Of a stretch of DNA of 64,000 nucleotides, positions 1 through 11,993 are shown in pieces. Below the pieces are notes generated by a model that worked only from the letters and a program-made list of their open reading frames with translations, ran no database searches and had not been told where the DNA came from. Source of the DNA: Moniliella sp. 'wahieum' (Eukaryota); the NCBI GenBank assembly GCA_003971905.1, contig RSEE01000142.1, positions 62,001 through 126,000 on the forward strand, given 5' to 3'. Each line of letters opens with the position of its first letter. Within the stretch, counting starts at the first letter, position 1. The position numbers were made by a program, and so were the translations under genes.

Positions 1-196
1 CGTCTGGAAAATGAATGGATCGACGGTCAGGACTTCGTCTCTTCATCCGCACCATCCAAAAAAGGGGTGCGGGAGGAGGGGGGGGTAACATACATAAGTG
101 CCTGCAGAGACGGGGTCCAAGCGGAAGCAGAGAGAAGAGTCTCTGGGGTCAGTATCTACGCTTCCAAAGCAGAAACGGGAGGAACGGAGCGTACAT
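1..196 (-). CDS. 5' end of an unidentified gene running off the left edge; start codon apparently split by an intron, followed by an 8-nt micro-exon
   Basis: Minus strand reads gccAT | intron 194-102 (GTACGC...TACTGAC...CTGCAG) | exon 101-94 GCACTTAT | intron 93-4 (GTATGT...CCTGAC...TTTTCCAG) | ACG. Spliced, this gives ATG CAC TTA TAC G (MHLY...). A pyrimidine-rich leader lies upstream. Confidence 0.55.
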
Positions 197-2840
197 GGCA
201 GTGGTGGTCAGAAGCGGGGGATGGGGGTGTGGCAAAGACAGGGAACAGAGATGATCTGGATGAACAATGTTGCTCAGAGTGTGGTGGCCGTAAGAAACCG
301 ACGGGTGTGAAGCCGGAGGAGAGAGTGCTTCACGCTTAGAAAGGGCGAGGAAGGAAGGAAGGCCGAGAGGTGGGAAAGAAGGAAGAGGAGAGGAACGTGT
401 TGCGGTTGCCCAGCGTGTGGTGCGTCAGCATCTTGTAGCAGCTACGAGTAAAACCCATACCAGGCCGGATCGGCTGCTGCCATAGGAGCGGGTGTACCGC
501 TCTTCATCCTTGCCGGTTAGGGCCACTGCCAGCGCAAACACCAAAGTGTCCAGTGGCTAGTGGCAAAAGAAGCCTGAAAATCACTTGGGCCCCTCACTCC
601 GCCCAAGGCGACTGGGCACTGTGCAACCTCGAACCAGATTGGACACTCGCGGGATGCGGGATCTGCCGGCCAGGCATGAGGTGCAAGAGGGCCTGGGATC
701 TGAGACCAGAGGGCGTGGCCGGGCTCAGGAGCGGGGCCAGTGTCCACACTGTGGGCGCCCCCGCACCGCTCCGATGCGGAGGACGCGGAAGAAGCCGGCA
801 AGCACCCGGTACGCCTTGCGACGCCCTAGGGGTCGTGTCAGCATGTCAGATCGTGTCACTGTCACTTGCCCAGCCACTGTGACACGTGACATGCGACTAG
901 TGACATGAGTGACAAGGCACTATTAGTCATTCTGGTCACTGCCCTGCAGATGAAGCAGCGCCACCGGCGGTAGGGGCCTTGGGGCCGTTTGCCTTGGGGT
1001 CCGCGCTTAGCGGTTCCCGGTAACCGGTAACCAGCTAGGCGAGTGACTAGTGACGAGCTATTGGTTACGAGTGACAAGTTGCCAGTTGCTAGCTACTGGT
1101 TAGGCCGTAGGCCGTAGGGCGAAGCGCTCACACGCCAAGGTCTGCCAGTGTGGGCAGTGTGTTACACCCTGGCGGGTGGGAGCCGCAAGCCGCAAGCCAC
1201 CAACTGGCGCTGCTGGCTTCTCGCATGTCGTGGCGCACGCTGGCAACAGACGCATGTTCCGGCTCCCGCCGGGGTGTGCCCTGGCACACCCTGGTGCCAA
1301 AGGGTCTGAAGGGTCCCGGACCCAAAGCTAGCATGGCGCCGCGTGGGACGCAGCACTGACGCCGGCGCAGACCGCGGAGTGGAGAGGCTGCAAGCTGCAA
1401 CAGGGAGAAAATCGATGATCGATGATGTCGATGATGCACGATGCATGGTGGTTGTAAGAGGAAATTCAGTTGAAGCGCTGCGCAAAAGTAGCATCGGCGT
1501 CCAGTCGCCTCCAATGGCCCACCAGGGCCCAGTTCCGACCACCCCCTGGCGTTGGCAGTGGGCAGCTGGGGAACAGCACTTCTGAAAAGTGTGCATTGTT
1601 GTCGGCTCAGCCTGAGCGCTCAGCGTGCGGCCAGCAGCAGAAACGGCTCCTCTTTTTCCCCATGGCCCACACTACGTCTCGCGGCTATCCCTGGCTTTCC
1701 AGCCTCTCGTCGTACTTCAAGCTCTTCAATACGCTTGAACTTCAAGCTTCCTTTGCTCATATCTTAGCGCTTCGTAGATCTTCTCTCTCCTGAAGCCTTT
1801 TCCGGCAGATCCGCCATCTTCACACGCCATCGCCATCGTCCTGCCAGCAGCACGGAACATAATGGCAACACTAAAGCGCTGGTCCAGATTCTCAGGTCTC
1901 AGGCCTCAACGGTTGATCGAGGCCTCAGGCCTCATCGGCAGCAAGCGCCAAACACCCTACCATGTGTATACATGTCACACCCACGATCCCACGATCTGTG
2001 CTCGATGGCCGCCCTTGTTCGCCTCCCCAAGCGCCAAGCTCCGCAAGACTCTACCATTTGGGCCGGACTCGATCATGTGAAAGAGCGCCCGGTCCGAACA
2101 TGCAGGATGCATGATACATGATGCATGATGCTTGCTGGTGGTGACATTATGGCTGCGACAAGATGATATGATGATGTTGTTGGTGATAAGCGTGATGCCC
2201 TCTCCGATCTCCACACTCGCACTACCTGTGCTACCCCACACAGTGTGCTGCGCCATCTACGGAGCCTGTTTTGTCCCTCTCTCTATGTACTAGCCAACCG
2301 TCTCTGCAAGTTACCGCGAGTCTCCATGCAGAGGTACTCCAGTCTACGCTCATGCTTACCAACTTATCCCACCGCACCTGTTACGCAGTCTGGGATCAGA
2401 GTATCGTAGATCACAGGGCCCTCCCTCTGGCGTTCTGTATTTAGCCCAAGCTTGCATGTGACATGGATCACTTTCGCGCAGTGTTACAAGCGATATGGTT
2501 AGAGTTAGTAGTTACTCAAGTACTCAAGGTTTAAGAGCCTCAAGCTTCAAGTTGAAGCTTCAACATCTGTTGGGTGCTCAGACTGAGCACTGCTCAGCCA
2601 CAGTGAGCGCAGCTGACTGAGTTACTGAGCTCAGCCCGCTCAGTCTAAGTAACTCGTACGCAGTACTCAAGTGCTCCACGTCGGCGCGTCAACGTATCAA
2701 CCGAGTTCCCAACAGAGCTTTATTGTGGTTAACGACATTAATAAAGGGAAGTGCTGAGACATGCCCAGTGCAAGTGTGCAAAGTCCCAGTTGACCGTTTG
2801 GAAAGCTAGCTGTGACGCCCAAGGGGTATGGGTATACAAA

Positions 2841-2935
2841 GGCAATGTGCCCGAGCGGTTAAGGGGATTGATTCGAATGCGCTTCGAACTATCAATTAGG
2901 CTTTGCCTGCACAGGTTCGAGTCCTGTCATTGTCG
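2841..2935 (+). tRNA. tRNA-Ser(CGA) with 13-nt intron (2878-2890)
   Basis: Acceptor stem GGCAATG/CATTGTC, anticodon stem ATTGA/TCAAT with CGA at 2874-2876, long variable arm AGGC-TTT-GCCT, T-loop GTTCGAG, discriminator G, then an oligo-T Pol III terminator (2936-2942). Confidence 0.95.
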
Positions 2936-3835
2936 TTTTTTTGCCTCGAAATAGCAGCGTGGAAAGAAAGCCACGAAGACAGCGAGTTGGATTGAGGTGA
3001 TTGTATGGTGCACAGAGAGGCGGGTCGGCGAAAAGGAATGTTATTAGGGCCTACACGGCCCGCGGAGGACCGGTGAACTTGGGCCTTGTTGAGTTGAACG
3101 CCAAAACGTATATAATAGACTTGAACGTAAGAGTGGACTCGGCTGAATCGAGTCACCAGGGATGGAGAGGAACTACATTTTACGCTCAGCGGAGTGAGTC
3201 ACTGAGCCCCACGATTGAACTCACTGCCGGTACGCGTTTTTTCGTCAAAAGGGATAGAATGATCTTTGGGAGGGTAGCGCACCATGCCCACCAATGCTGA
3301 AACTGAGTATAGTAGTGTTCCGTAAAGCTCTCAGATGCAAGCGCACGAAACGCGTTTGACGTACATGGGAAATTCTTTTCGCTCTCTATTTGGTAGCTAC
3401 TTGGTATGGTGTGTGCGGGTGGGCGCGGCCCGAGAAGAGGGAGGAAAAAGGAGAAAGGAGCAGGGCCAGGGTCAGGAAGGAGAGGCATGGGCGGCATGGA
3501 CATGCGCATACTTGGCAGGGGGGAACATCAGGACTTCTATAGGGAAAGAAATGGCGGGGAGGCACTTGGGGTCTGGTCAAGTGCTATGAAAGAGATGAAG
3601 AAAAGAGGTAAGCACCGAGTACTGGTGAGTGAAGAGTAGGGTAGCACAAACATTGGCAAATGGACATATGTGTCAAGGCAGGAGGCAAAAAAGGGTCACG
3701 GGGGTAAACGTAGATGTGAAAAGACGGTAAGGGTGGAAACGGGAACGGCAAGGAAGAAGGTGCGGAAGGGATGGGATGCGTGGTGGTGGTGGTGGCGACG
3801 GACGGGGGGAGGGGGTATGACGGGAGGGCGAGGAG

Positions 3836-4922
3836 GTCAAAGGCCAGCCTCACATGATCCCATGGTTTTGGTCGGGAGTAAAGGGGACGTATGACTGGTT
3901 CCGTCAGAAGAGGGAGAGGACTCTTCACTGGACAATTCGTGGCACAAGATCGAACGGGCGCGTACCGTCGGGCCCGAGGGCAACGGCGAGAAAGCAGGTT
4001 CCCGTCCCATCGTCCGTGGAGGGTGGGGGAGAACGTGGCTCCCCGTGCCCTGCGACTGGTGGGGAGGGGCGGAAGCGGGATTTGAGGCGGCGGCGTGGCG
4101 GCCAAATGGGGTGGTAGGTCATTGAAAAAGAGCAAATCCGTCAAGCCCGTGACAGAGGTGAGGTTGGTTATGCTGGGACGACGGAGCGGGGAGAGCGGGG
4201 AATAAAACGAGCTTGCCTCCGCCACCTCAGGAAGGGGCGGTAGAGCCGGAGCCGAGCCGACTGTTCGTGCCCGTGGACGGCCGCCTCTCCACATCTCTGT
4301 TTGCTTGGACAGGCCCCTGGCCCTCCCCTCGTACGGTGGATGGGGGAGACAGCTGCCCCGGCTCTCTCGCGCAGAGGAAGATACAGCTGGGCCATGCTCT
4401 CCTCCAGGGAACGGAGGGCAGATTGGGTGCGCTCACTGGGCCGCAGCTGGGGGGAGGAGGCAAGCTGAAGCAGGCCGAGGGTGGTATCGCTCAGAGGAAG
4501 GAAGGTGCGCTGGCGCGGGGTCTGGCTGGCTGCGTCTTCGGGGGCCAGTTCGCTGTGCCCGTCGTCGTCGTCTTTAGGCAGGAGGGGCAGGGCATGAAGA
4601 GACAAGATGGGAGAGGGTGGTTGGGCACCACCGTGCCGGGCGGCACGATGGACTGAGAAGGCGGGAAGAGGCGGCAGAGGAATGTTGGGTGGCCCGCCAG
4701 GGAGCGGAGCGGGGGAGGTGAGGCAAAGTCGGGCGGACGCTGGGTGGGGTGGGAGATGGATGCGCTGCGGCGGTGGGGGGTGGGGGTGGGAGTGGCAAGG
4801 GGCATGGTGGGCTGTTGTGGGCAGGCAGGGACGAGGGGCGTGTGGGTGTGGGTGTGGCTGCGGCGGCGCTTGACCTGGGCGACAAACTCGCGGCGGCGGC
4901 GCAAGAGCAGGTCGGCGTCCAT
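3836..4922 (-). CDS. Hypothetical low-complexity Pro/Ser-rich protein (frameshifted; 3' end uncertain)
   Basis: Protein-like segments in successive overlapping minus-strand ORFs: MDADLLLRRRREFVAQVKRRRS, TQSALRSLEESMAQLYLP, RRPSITNLTSVTGLTDLLFF. No family recognised. Confidence 0.4.
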
Positions 4923-7509
4923 GCCAGCGAGCGGGGCGGGGAGGATGGTGGAAGGGGGGGGTGTGGCGGGGAGGAGCGCCAGCGGCGTGCGCATCCAGGA
5001 TGCATCCACGCAGCTTGTCGCGTGTGCTGCCTTCGAAGACACTCTGTTGTTGACATGGGAAGGGGTCCTGTCATGTCACATGTCACCGGTCACCGGCCAC
5101 ACCACTGGCCCTGTGCCGATGCCGAGGGTGGATCGCCGCAGGCCGGCGTGCATAAATGATGCACATTGCATCCCAGCGCATGTGCGGCTCCCACGTCAGC
5201 GTCAGGCAGCTGCAGCCCAGCGCCCGGCCCTGCCCGGCCGCGCCCGATTTGCCGCAGGCTGCCAGGGGACAGTCGGGAGAGTGGGAGGCCCTTGCACGGG
5301 ACACTGCGTCCTGCATGCGCACTGCACTGGGCACTGCACGCGCACCGCACTGGCACTGCACTGGCACTGCCCTGGCGACCCAAGCTCCAACGTACTCCAA
5401 CGCTGCACATTGTGAATGGGTGACAGCGGTATGTGACAGCGTCGCACAAACAAAAAACAGCCCAATCGCGCCGGGACGAGACAGCAGGCACGCGCACTGG
5501 GGCAGCGCAGCCACCCACGCCCACCCGACGCCCACCCACGCCCGCCCAGATCCACCCCCTGGCGCATGCCCAGCTCCCACGCGCACTGACGTGCTTGCGC
5601 CCCCAGCCAGCTGGCTGCGGCCTACGCCACCCTGACTGTCATGTGCGGGGTACACAAGCGTACATGGTACACCCCCTGCAGCCCCCCCCCATGCGTTGCC
5701 CCACTGCTTTCCCAAGGCATGCACATTGCATGCAGCTCATGCAGGCCTTCCACAACGGCACCACTCGCCCGGTTCCCTCCGATCGCCAGGCGCCGGAGGA
5801 GGTGTCTCTACCACAGTCAGCACCGTCTGTGACATGCATGTGACACGGGCCATGTTAGAATCAGTGATCAGGATCATCGATCAGACCGATCGGGGATGGA
5901 GGATCAGCGATCGCATCTCAGGTACCAGCCAACCCAGAATCCCAGACCCAGGCGTCTTCGATCATCGACAGGCGGACCCCGGTCCGTGATAATGGGCGTG
6001 GAAACGCTCGGCATTTTGTCCGTCTACCTCTACTCGACTTTTTTCCCACCGATCACTAGTTCGTCCGCGCCCAGGCGCTCAGGCTGCCTCTCTATAAAAC
6101 GACTACGGCCTGTGAGATCGGAGATTTCTGAGGGACTCAGGGAAGCTTGAAGCTGGAAGGCTTGAAGTGAGGCCGCCTGGGATTGATTTTCTTCGAAAAA
6201 GAACAGTCTCATCATCGGTCCTAACCCGTCGCGGCTAGCTCCACGACCCTTCGTGTGTCCAGGGCACCAGCGATCAACGCATGGACGTCAGCACGTCAGC
6301 GCTGCGTCAGCACTCTGTATACTCTGTTCCTCCGTATACCGATTCTATGTGCTCTGCCATTCCTGATGAGGCTTTTGATGATGCATGGCCGGTGTTGGCA
6401 TGCATGAAAATAACCCCTCCACATTTTGTTTTTTGGTTTCCTTGGCGCCAAGGGCTCGTGGCAGAAACCGTATATAGCACCAGTGATGCATGGTGCATGA
6501 TGCAGATGCCCGGTGGAGGGAACTATAGAATGTGAGAGAGGGTATATCGTGCTCGAGAGGATTCCTCTGCGCGAGGTCCTCTTCTGATTGATCGGTGTCG
6601 CTCGCTTAGTGCGCTTAGTGGACAGAAGGGTTCCACTCGCACACCACTGCGCACGCTACGTCCTTGCTCTGCCGATCGGTCATCGCCGCTCTGTGTCTCC
6701 TCTGTCCTTCGCCTCAGATCAGTGTGCTTGAAGCTTGCAGGCTTGTGGCTGGCTCACCACCACGTTGCCTTCGCGCCTTGTCGGGGGCTCTGAAGGCCGC
6801 TCTATACTGCAGCTGAACCCACATAGGATCCCCGAGTGCTCCCTCCCAACTTGCTCTCTATAGTAGACTGCATATTGAACCATGCAGCTTATAATTGTGC
6901 CCCACACAGGACAATCCCTGCGGTTTCCCTTCTCTTTGTGGAAGCCCCTTTTTTCCCACCGTTTGCCCCCATCGGTTATGCAGAAGGCGAATATATAACG
7001 CTGTACTGACAACCTTCCCGACGGAGGCCGAGGAGAAGCCAGCCCTCTGGCACGTCGAGCAAGGGGACTAGGGCGTAGGCTCGAAGCACGAGGAGCTTCG
7101 TTGCAAAGAGTCGTTGTCCCTATGTCTTGGCTATTAGAGGTATCCTCCTGGGGCTGAGTGCTATAGCGAGTCCGACGGTGTCGAACGTTGAGGGAGGGCG
7201 AGCCCCATTTGGCTGAATCCGCCCCCAAATTAACCGATGCAAGAAGTTGGCCGCTCCCATATAAAGACGCTGCGGTGGTCCTGAACCGACTTTTTAATAT
7301 AGGAGTTGGGCGCATTCTACAAACGCCTTTTGGCCTTAGCTGGTGGGGTCGAGGGGCACTCCTTTTGACTCTATTACCACGTAACTAACATAGGCACAAC
7401 AGGGCTGATGGAAGCGAGACTCCTGTCGAGAGGCATAGAGCTTGTTCTCCCAGAGTCGAGTCAGAACCTTGTACACGAGAGCCGGATGTTCCTCCTCGGT
7501 TCGCAGCAT

Positions 7510-8080
7510 TGAGCGGTTCCATCAATAAAACCAACCACACTCCTGCGCCAGGCCTTGGGACCAAAAGCCACGGGGAACATCGGGTTCATCAAAGACATGA
7601 ACGTCGCCGGCGGATTCTTCGTGGTCAGGCCGTTGTTCATAACAAGGTTCTCGGAGGCGCCCATCGTTGTCACCAAAACAGTCTTGGGAACGTGCCCCTC
7701 CAATACACAACCCAGATTGAAAGGGCCTGACACAGGTCAACATGTGAAGCAAATATTTTCGTCCCGTGAAGGTTGTCCAAAGCAACATCTGCCAAGAGCA
7801 GCAAAGCAACCTGCTTCTTGACAGATGCCAAGTCCAGACCCTGGTAGTTAACCACGAGAGTTATAGATCGTCCGTCTTGTTGATGTAGAACACAGGTGGG
7901 CCCTACGGTGAACGAGACCGACGGATGCATCCTCGTTGAGGTTCTCCTTGATCCAAAACAAGCCCAGTGGTCTTCGGCCTCGTCTGGGGTCAATGGGCAC
8001 GGAGGTGAGAAAGTTGGATTGGCACCGTCTTGGGTCTCAATGGCGTGGTCAAAACCTGGCCGGTGAGGGGTGAGGAGGCA
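7510..8080 (-). mobile_element. Heavily degenerate Ty3/Gypsy retrotransposon reverse-transcriptase relic (element may extend over roughly 6550-8970)
   Basis: Collinear decayed RT motifs across frames: PHRPGFDHAIE (cf. PHRxYDHxIE), LVVNYQGLDLASVKK (cf. LCVDYRGLNxxTVKN), LDNLHGTKIFASHVDL (cf. LDxLxGAKIFxKLDL), EGHVPKTVLVTTMGASENLVMNNGLT..PATFMSLMN (cf. EGDEWKTAFRTxxGxFEYLVMPFGLTNAPATFxxxMN), VVGFIDG (cf. VVVYLDD). Confidence 0.8.
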
Positions 8081-10171
8081 AACAGTTGGCTCGACGAACG
8101 GGAAAGCCGTCAGGAAAGTTCCTCTGTACCGCTGGGGCAGTTCGCATGTGATAGTCACTTCGTCCAGGGCTAGGGTATGCTCGGGGAAAGGGGGAAAGAG
8201 ACCACTTTGTCCGTGCAAGGGCGAGTCACCTCCACCGTTGACGACTGGGGCAGAATTGACGCGTCGCTGTGGTTCTCGGCAACCACTGCGAGGTTCAGGG
8301 AGGCTATGCCGCCAATCTGTGCGTCCGGGTCCTCCTCTTGCCTTCAGACATCGTTTCCTCCCCCGCTCCGAGGCGTTCGCCAAGGCTACAACTCGCCTCG
8401 CTGAAGCTGCCAAGCGCATATAACACTATGCCAGCAATCAGAGCCTCTCCTGGCAGCTTCACTGGACTTGAAAGTCAACAAGAATGTCTATAGAATTACC
8501 GGCTGGACTTTTATCTTGGGACCTCTCCTCAAAGTGACCTCTTCCTTTGACCTGGCCTTGTCGATGGCCGCTCCAAACCCCCAGAGGGGCTGGCGCTGGA
8601 TATTGCCGACGGTCGGTAGACCTACCGTGTCTAGATGCTCGACTGTCGCCGGGACAGAAGGACCCACTTGTACTTCGTTAACTGGACGGGGTTTCCCGTC
8701 AACCCAACGAGTTGGTCCCAGCTTCTGAGCTCGGCCACCGAGCTCCAGGAGCGGTTGCTTTCCATCGTGACCACTCAGATGCTCTGATCCTTGTTCCCCC
8801 ATATCCCGTCGAGAAGTAGACAAGTATACCTACGCGTAGGCAAGAAGCGTAGTAAGGGGGGGGGGGGGGTAAAGCCACGGGCCGGCGACCACGCCGCCTT
8901 GCACCCAGCTACACTGCATCTACTCCCTTTTCTTTGTTCCCGCTTATCGTCTGTTGTTTCATATACCATTTCTCAAGTTCTCTATCTTTCGCTATCGTTC
9001 TCGCTATCTCGACTCGACTTCTCGTCCTCACCACGTAACCCACACCAATCGTCTCTCTGAACCGCGCCATGGTCAATGCGCCCAGCGCTCCGCAGCGCCC
9101 CTTGGCCCTGCGTGCTGCACCCACACTGGCGAGCCTGCAACGCCCGTGTCCAGCGCGCCCTACACCTGTGCACCGCGTATGCGGTGGACGACGTTGGTGC
9201 CCGAACCGCGGCCACTGCCCAAATCAAGGCGCTGCGACCCAGACCGCATGCGAGTACACTCTGCGCATCGACCGGATCGTGGACATGGGCAAGGCCGCTG
9301 GCGTCGACCCCGAGGCATTCGCGTGGCAAATCCTCGCAGAGGCGCCGATCGACGATAACCGCTGCCGCCTGGCCCAGGAGCAGCACAAGGGCGTACCGCG
9401 GTAGCCGGCCATGACGAACCTGGGGTACGACACGAAGGTGCTTCCCCCCCCCCCCCCCCCCCGCGACGGGCAAGCGTGCTGGGCGCGAGCGCGAGCGGGC
9501 GCCCCAGGCCGACGGCGTAGGCTACTGCACCTTCCACCAGCTCGGGGCACACGACTGCCGAGTGCCGCGCCCTCCAGCACCGCCGGGCCGAACCGCACCA
9601 TGGCCCGCCCACCTACCGCCCTGGCCCTTAGCCCTCCAGACCCGTGCTTGGCGCACCTTACTCTCCCCCGCCCAGGGCGGCCTGGTAGCTAGCACGGTCC
9701 GCGGGCCCGTGCATGCCGCCTTCGTCTCCGTCTCCGCCCCGTTCCTGCCCCTGCCCGCCAAAGCAGCAAGCGGTAGGAACTCGCGGCGGTTCCGTCGCTG
9801 GCGCCACTACCGATGCACCTGTGCTTGCGCTCACCACTTGTCGAAAGAAGCGTAGCATCCCTTTTTCAATAGGCTCGCCCTGCAGGTTTGCGTTATTACA
9901 CGCTTGTAGTCTCAAACTTCAAACTTCATGGTTGGCATGCGATTCTGCTCCGTGGGTGGGAAGCCGAATGCGGGCGCAGGGTTGGTGGATGGGACCATGG
10001 TCGTACGTGCAGGATACCATTTCTTGGAAGCCATCATCGTCGCGGGATAGGCTGCCGGTGAGCCCTTTATCGATTGTTGATTATCACGATACAGGACGGA
10101 GGGCGGCCTGGACGAGGTTAGAGAGATGGGAGAAAAAAAAGCGCAGTGCGGCGTAGGTTGAGGACGGACGC

Positions 10172-10232
10172 CACGTGACGGGCTACGTCATGGTTACGTC
10201 ACAGGCTACGTCACTGGGTAGTGGTTACGTCA
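10172..10232. promoter_or_regulatory. Cluster of four CRE-like TACGTCA elements plus one CACGTG
   Basis: CTACGTCA at 10183 and 10206, TTACGTCA at 10194 and 10225, CACGTGAC at 10172. These resemble ATF/CREB bZIP sites and lie about 1.1 kb upstream of the MARVEL gene. Confidence 0.35.
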
Positions 10233-11357
10233 TAGCCCCTGGCTGAGCTCGGCGGAGCCAGCGCTGATCCCGAGCAGCCTCAGGCAGGCGACCGGCCCCA
10301 GGCTCAGTCTGGGCACAGTCTGAGCAGGTCTGAGCAGGTCTGAGCCAGCCGCCAAGATCAGCGACGACAGCAGCGATCAGTTCCACGGACAAGACGGCAT
10401 CGGATTGTGGGGATGCGAGACGAGTTTGGTTGGTTGGTTGGTCGGAATGGCTGACACGCCCGGATGGGATGGTACTGGGGAGGCCTGAGGCCTGTGAGGC
10501 GACAGTTGATGCGCCGGGGGCCGATGGCCACCAGCATCGCTGGTACTCGGACATTCCGTTCTCCGGCGTTAGGTCTTAGGCCTTACCAGTCAAACTTGCA
10601 GCTTCATGTGCTTGCCTCTGCAAGCGGCGCCTCCGGCTGGCTGGCGGCCGCGCTGGCGGGACGGGGGAGGTTGACGATGACGCCGACGCCGACGCTGGGA
10701 ACTGGAAACAAAAAAAGAACTCCCTAGAAGGGATGACCAGTGAGCGGTGACTAGTCGATCAGACCTACAAGAGCGAGCTGGGCAGGGCAGCACGCGCGGC
10801 CAGCCGCGGACGGGGAACGGCGCTCAGGCGCTCAGCGCGCTCAGCCCAGGAAGCAGGCAAACGCCGGGCGTGTCTCCGCGGGAGGGTGGGCATGTCATGC
10901 ATCACACATCACACATCACACCAGCGCTCAGCGTCCTGCCTCGGGTGCGCGTTTAGTTGGACAGGGCGCCGGGGCAGCGAGCATGCAGCGTGGGCGATCG
11001 GGCACAGGAGCAGTGCTGCGCACGGCGGCGCGCCCCGCGCATCCCCGGCTGCGGCTTGGGCTGCAGTAACTAGCAACTAGTAACTAGCAACTCAGTATTC
11101 ACGCAGCAGCCCACGCGCTGCGCTGCCCCGCCCATCACACACTGCCCCTGCGCCCGCCTTGGTCTGTGCGCCCTGCTGCTGCCGCCCGCTGGCGGCCTGT
11201 GGCAGGGCGCGAGGTATAAGTATACGCTCGCCACAAGTATACGCTCGCCACCCTCTCCACCCGCGCTTCACACGCCCTGCGTTTTTGTCTTCGCACCCCT
11301 CAGTCCATCCTCGTTCCTCACCACCACTACCACCGCCCCCCATCGCTTTCCTCCGCC

Positions 11358-11993
11358 ATGGTTGATGCCAGCACCATTGTCCGCCGCGGCGCCCCGGTCA
11401 CTCTGGGCGTGCTGTCCCTCTTCTCTCTCGTCGTTGCCATCATTGCCTCGGTCTTGGTCCACGACTACAATGCCAAGGATGCTGCCAAGGGCGAAAAGTC
11501 GTCCGTCAAGGCCCGCGTTCGCTTCTTCCTGTTTGTAGGCTGGTTCTCGTTGTCTTCTCGACAGCTTATGTGCGTCTTTTTCTCCTTGCCTCCGCGCTCC
11601 ATCCACATTCAGGGCTGGGCCGCTGGATGACTGACCGGTTAGCTGACCCGCGTACACTTACTAACCCGCCCCCTTCCTTCCCCTTCCCGCAGGTCGTCTG
11701 CTTCCTGACTGGCATTGGCGGCGTGTTTACGTCGATCGTTCGCACTTGATTTCATTTTCCTCGACTGGGTCTTCTGGCTCTCGGCCGCGGCGGCGCTCAC
11801 GTCGTCCATGGGCGGCGGTCAGAACTGCTCGCACTCGTCGTTCAAGTACTGCTCGGCGAACGAGGCGCTGATTGCGTTTGGGTTTATCAACTTTGTATTG
11901 ACAACGTGCATGTGTGCGTGGTGGACCGTCATTGGCGCCGGTGCGTTCCGTGGCGGCGACTTGAAAGAAACATTTGGCAACTCGAGGGCCTAA
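11358..11993 (+). CDS. MARVEL-domain membrane protein, NCE102-like
   Basis: Four hydrophobic segments; motifs RVRFFLFVGW, FIFLDWVFWLSAAAALT, C-x6-C loop then EALIAFGFINF. Intron 11570-11692 (GTGCGT...CTAAC...CAG). Small indels present. Confidence 0.75.

Noticed and set aside
6355..6415. CTGATGAG ... GAAA with a 7-bp ATGCATG/CATGCAT stem, resembling a hammerhead ribozyme core
   Set aside because: The stem is not adjacent to CTGATGA, the nearer copy is TTGATGA (C3 lost), and no stems I and III with a cleavage triplet could be built.
8856..9442. Long G and C homopolymers (also at 32426-32442) as functional G-quadruplex elements
   Set aside because: Run lengths are unreliable in this assembly and such runs are common throughout the window.
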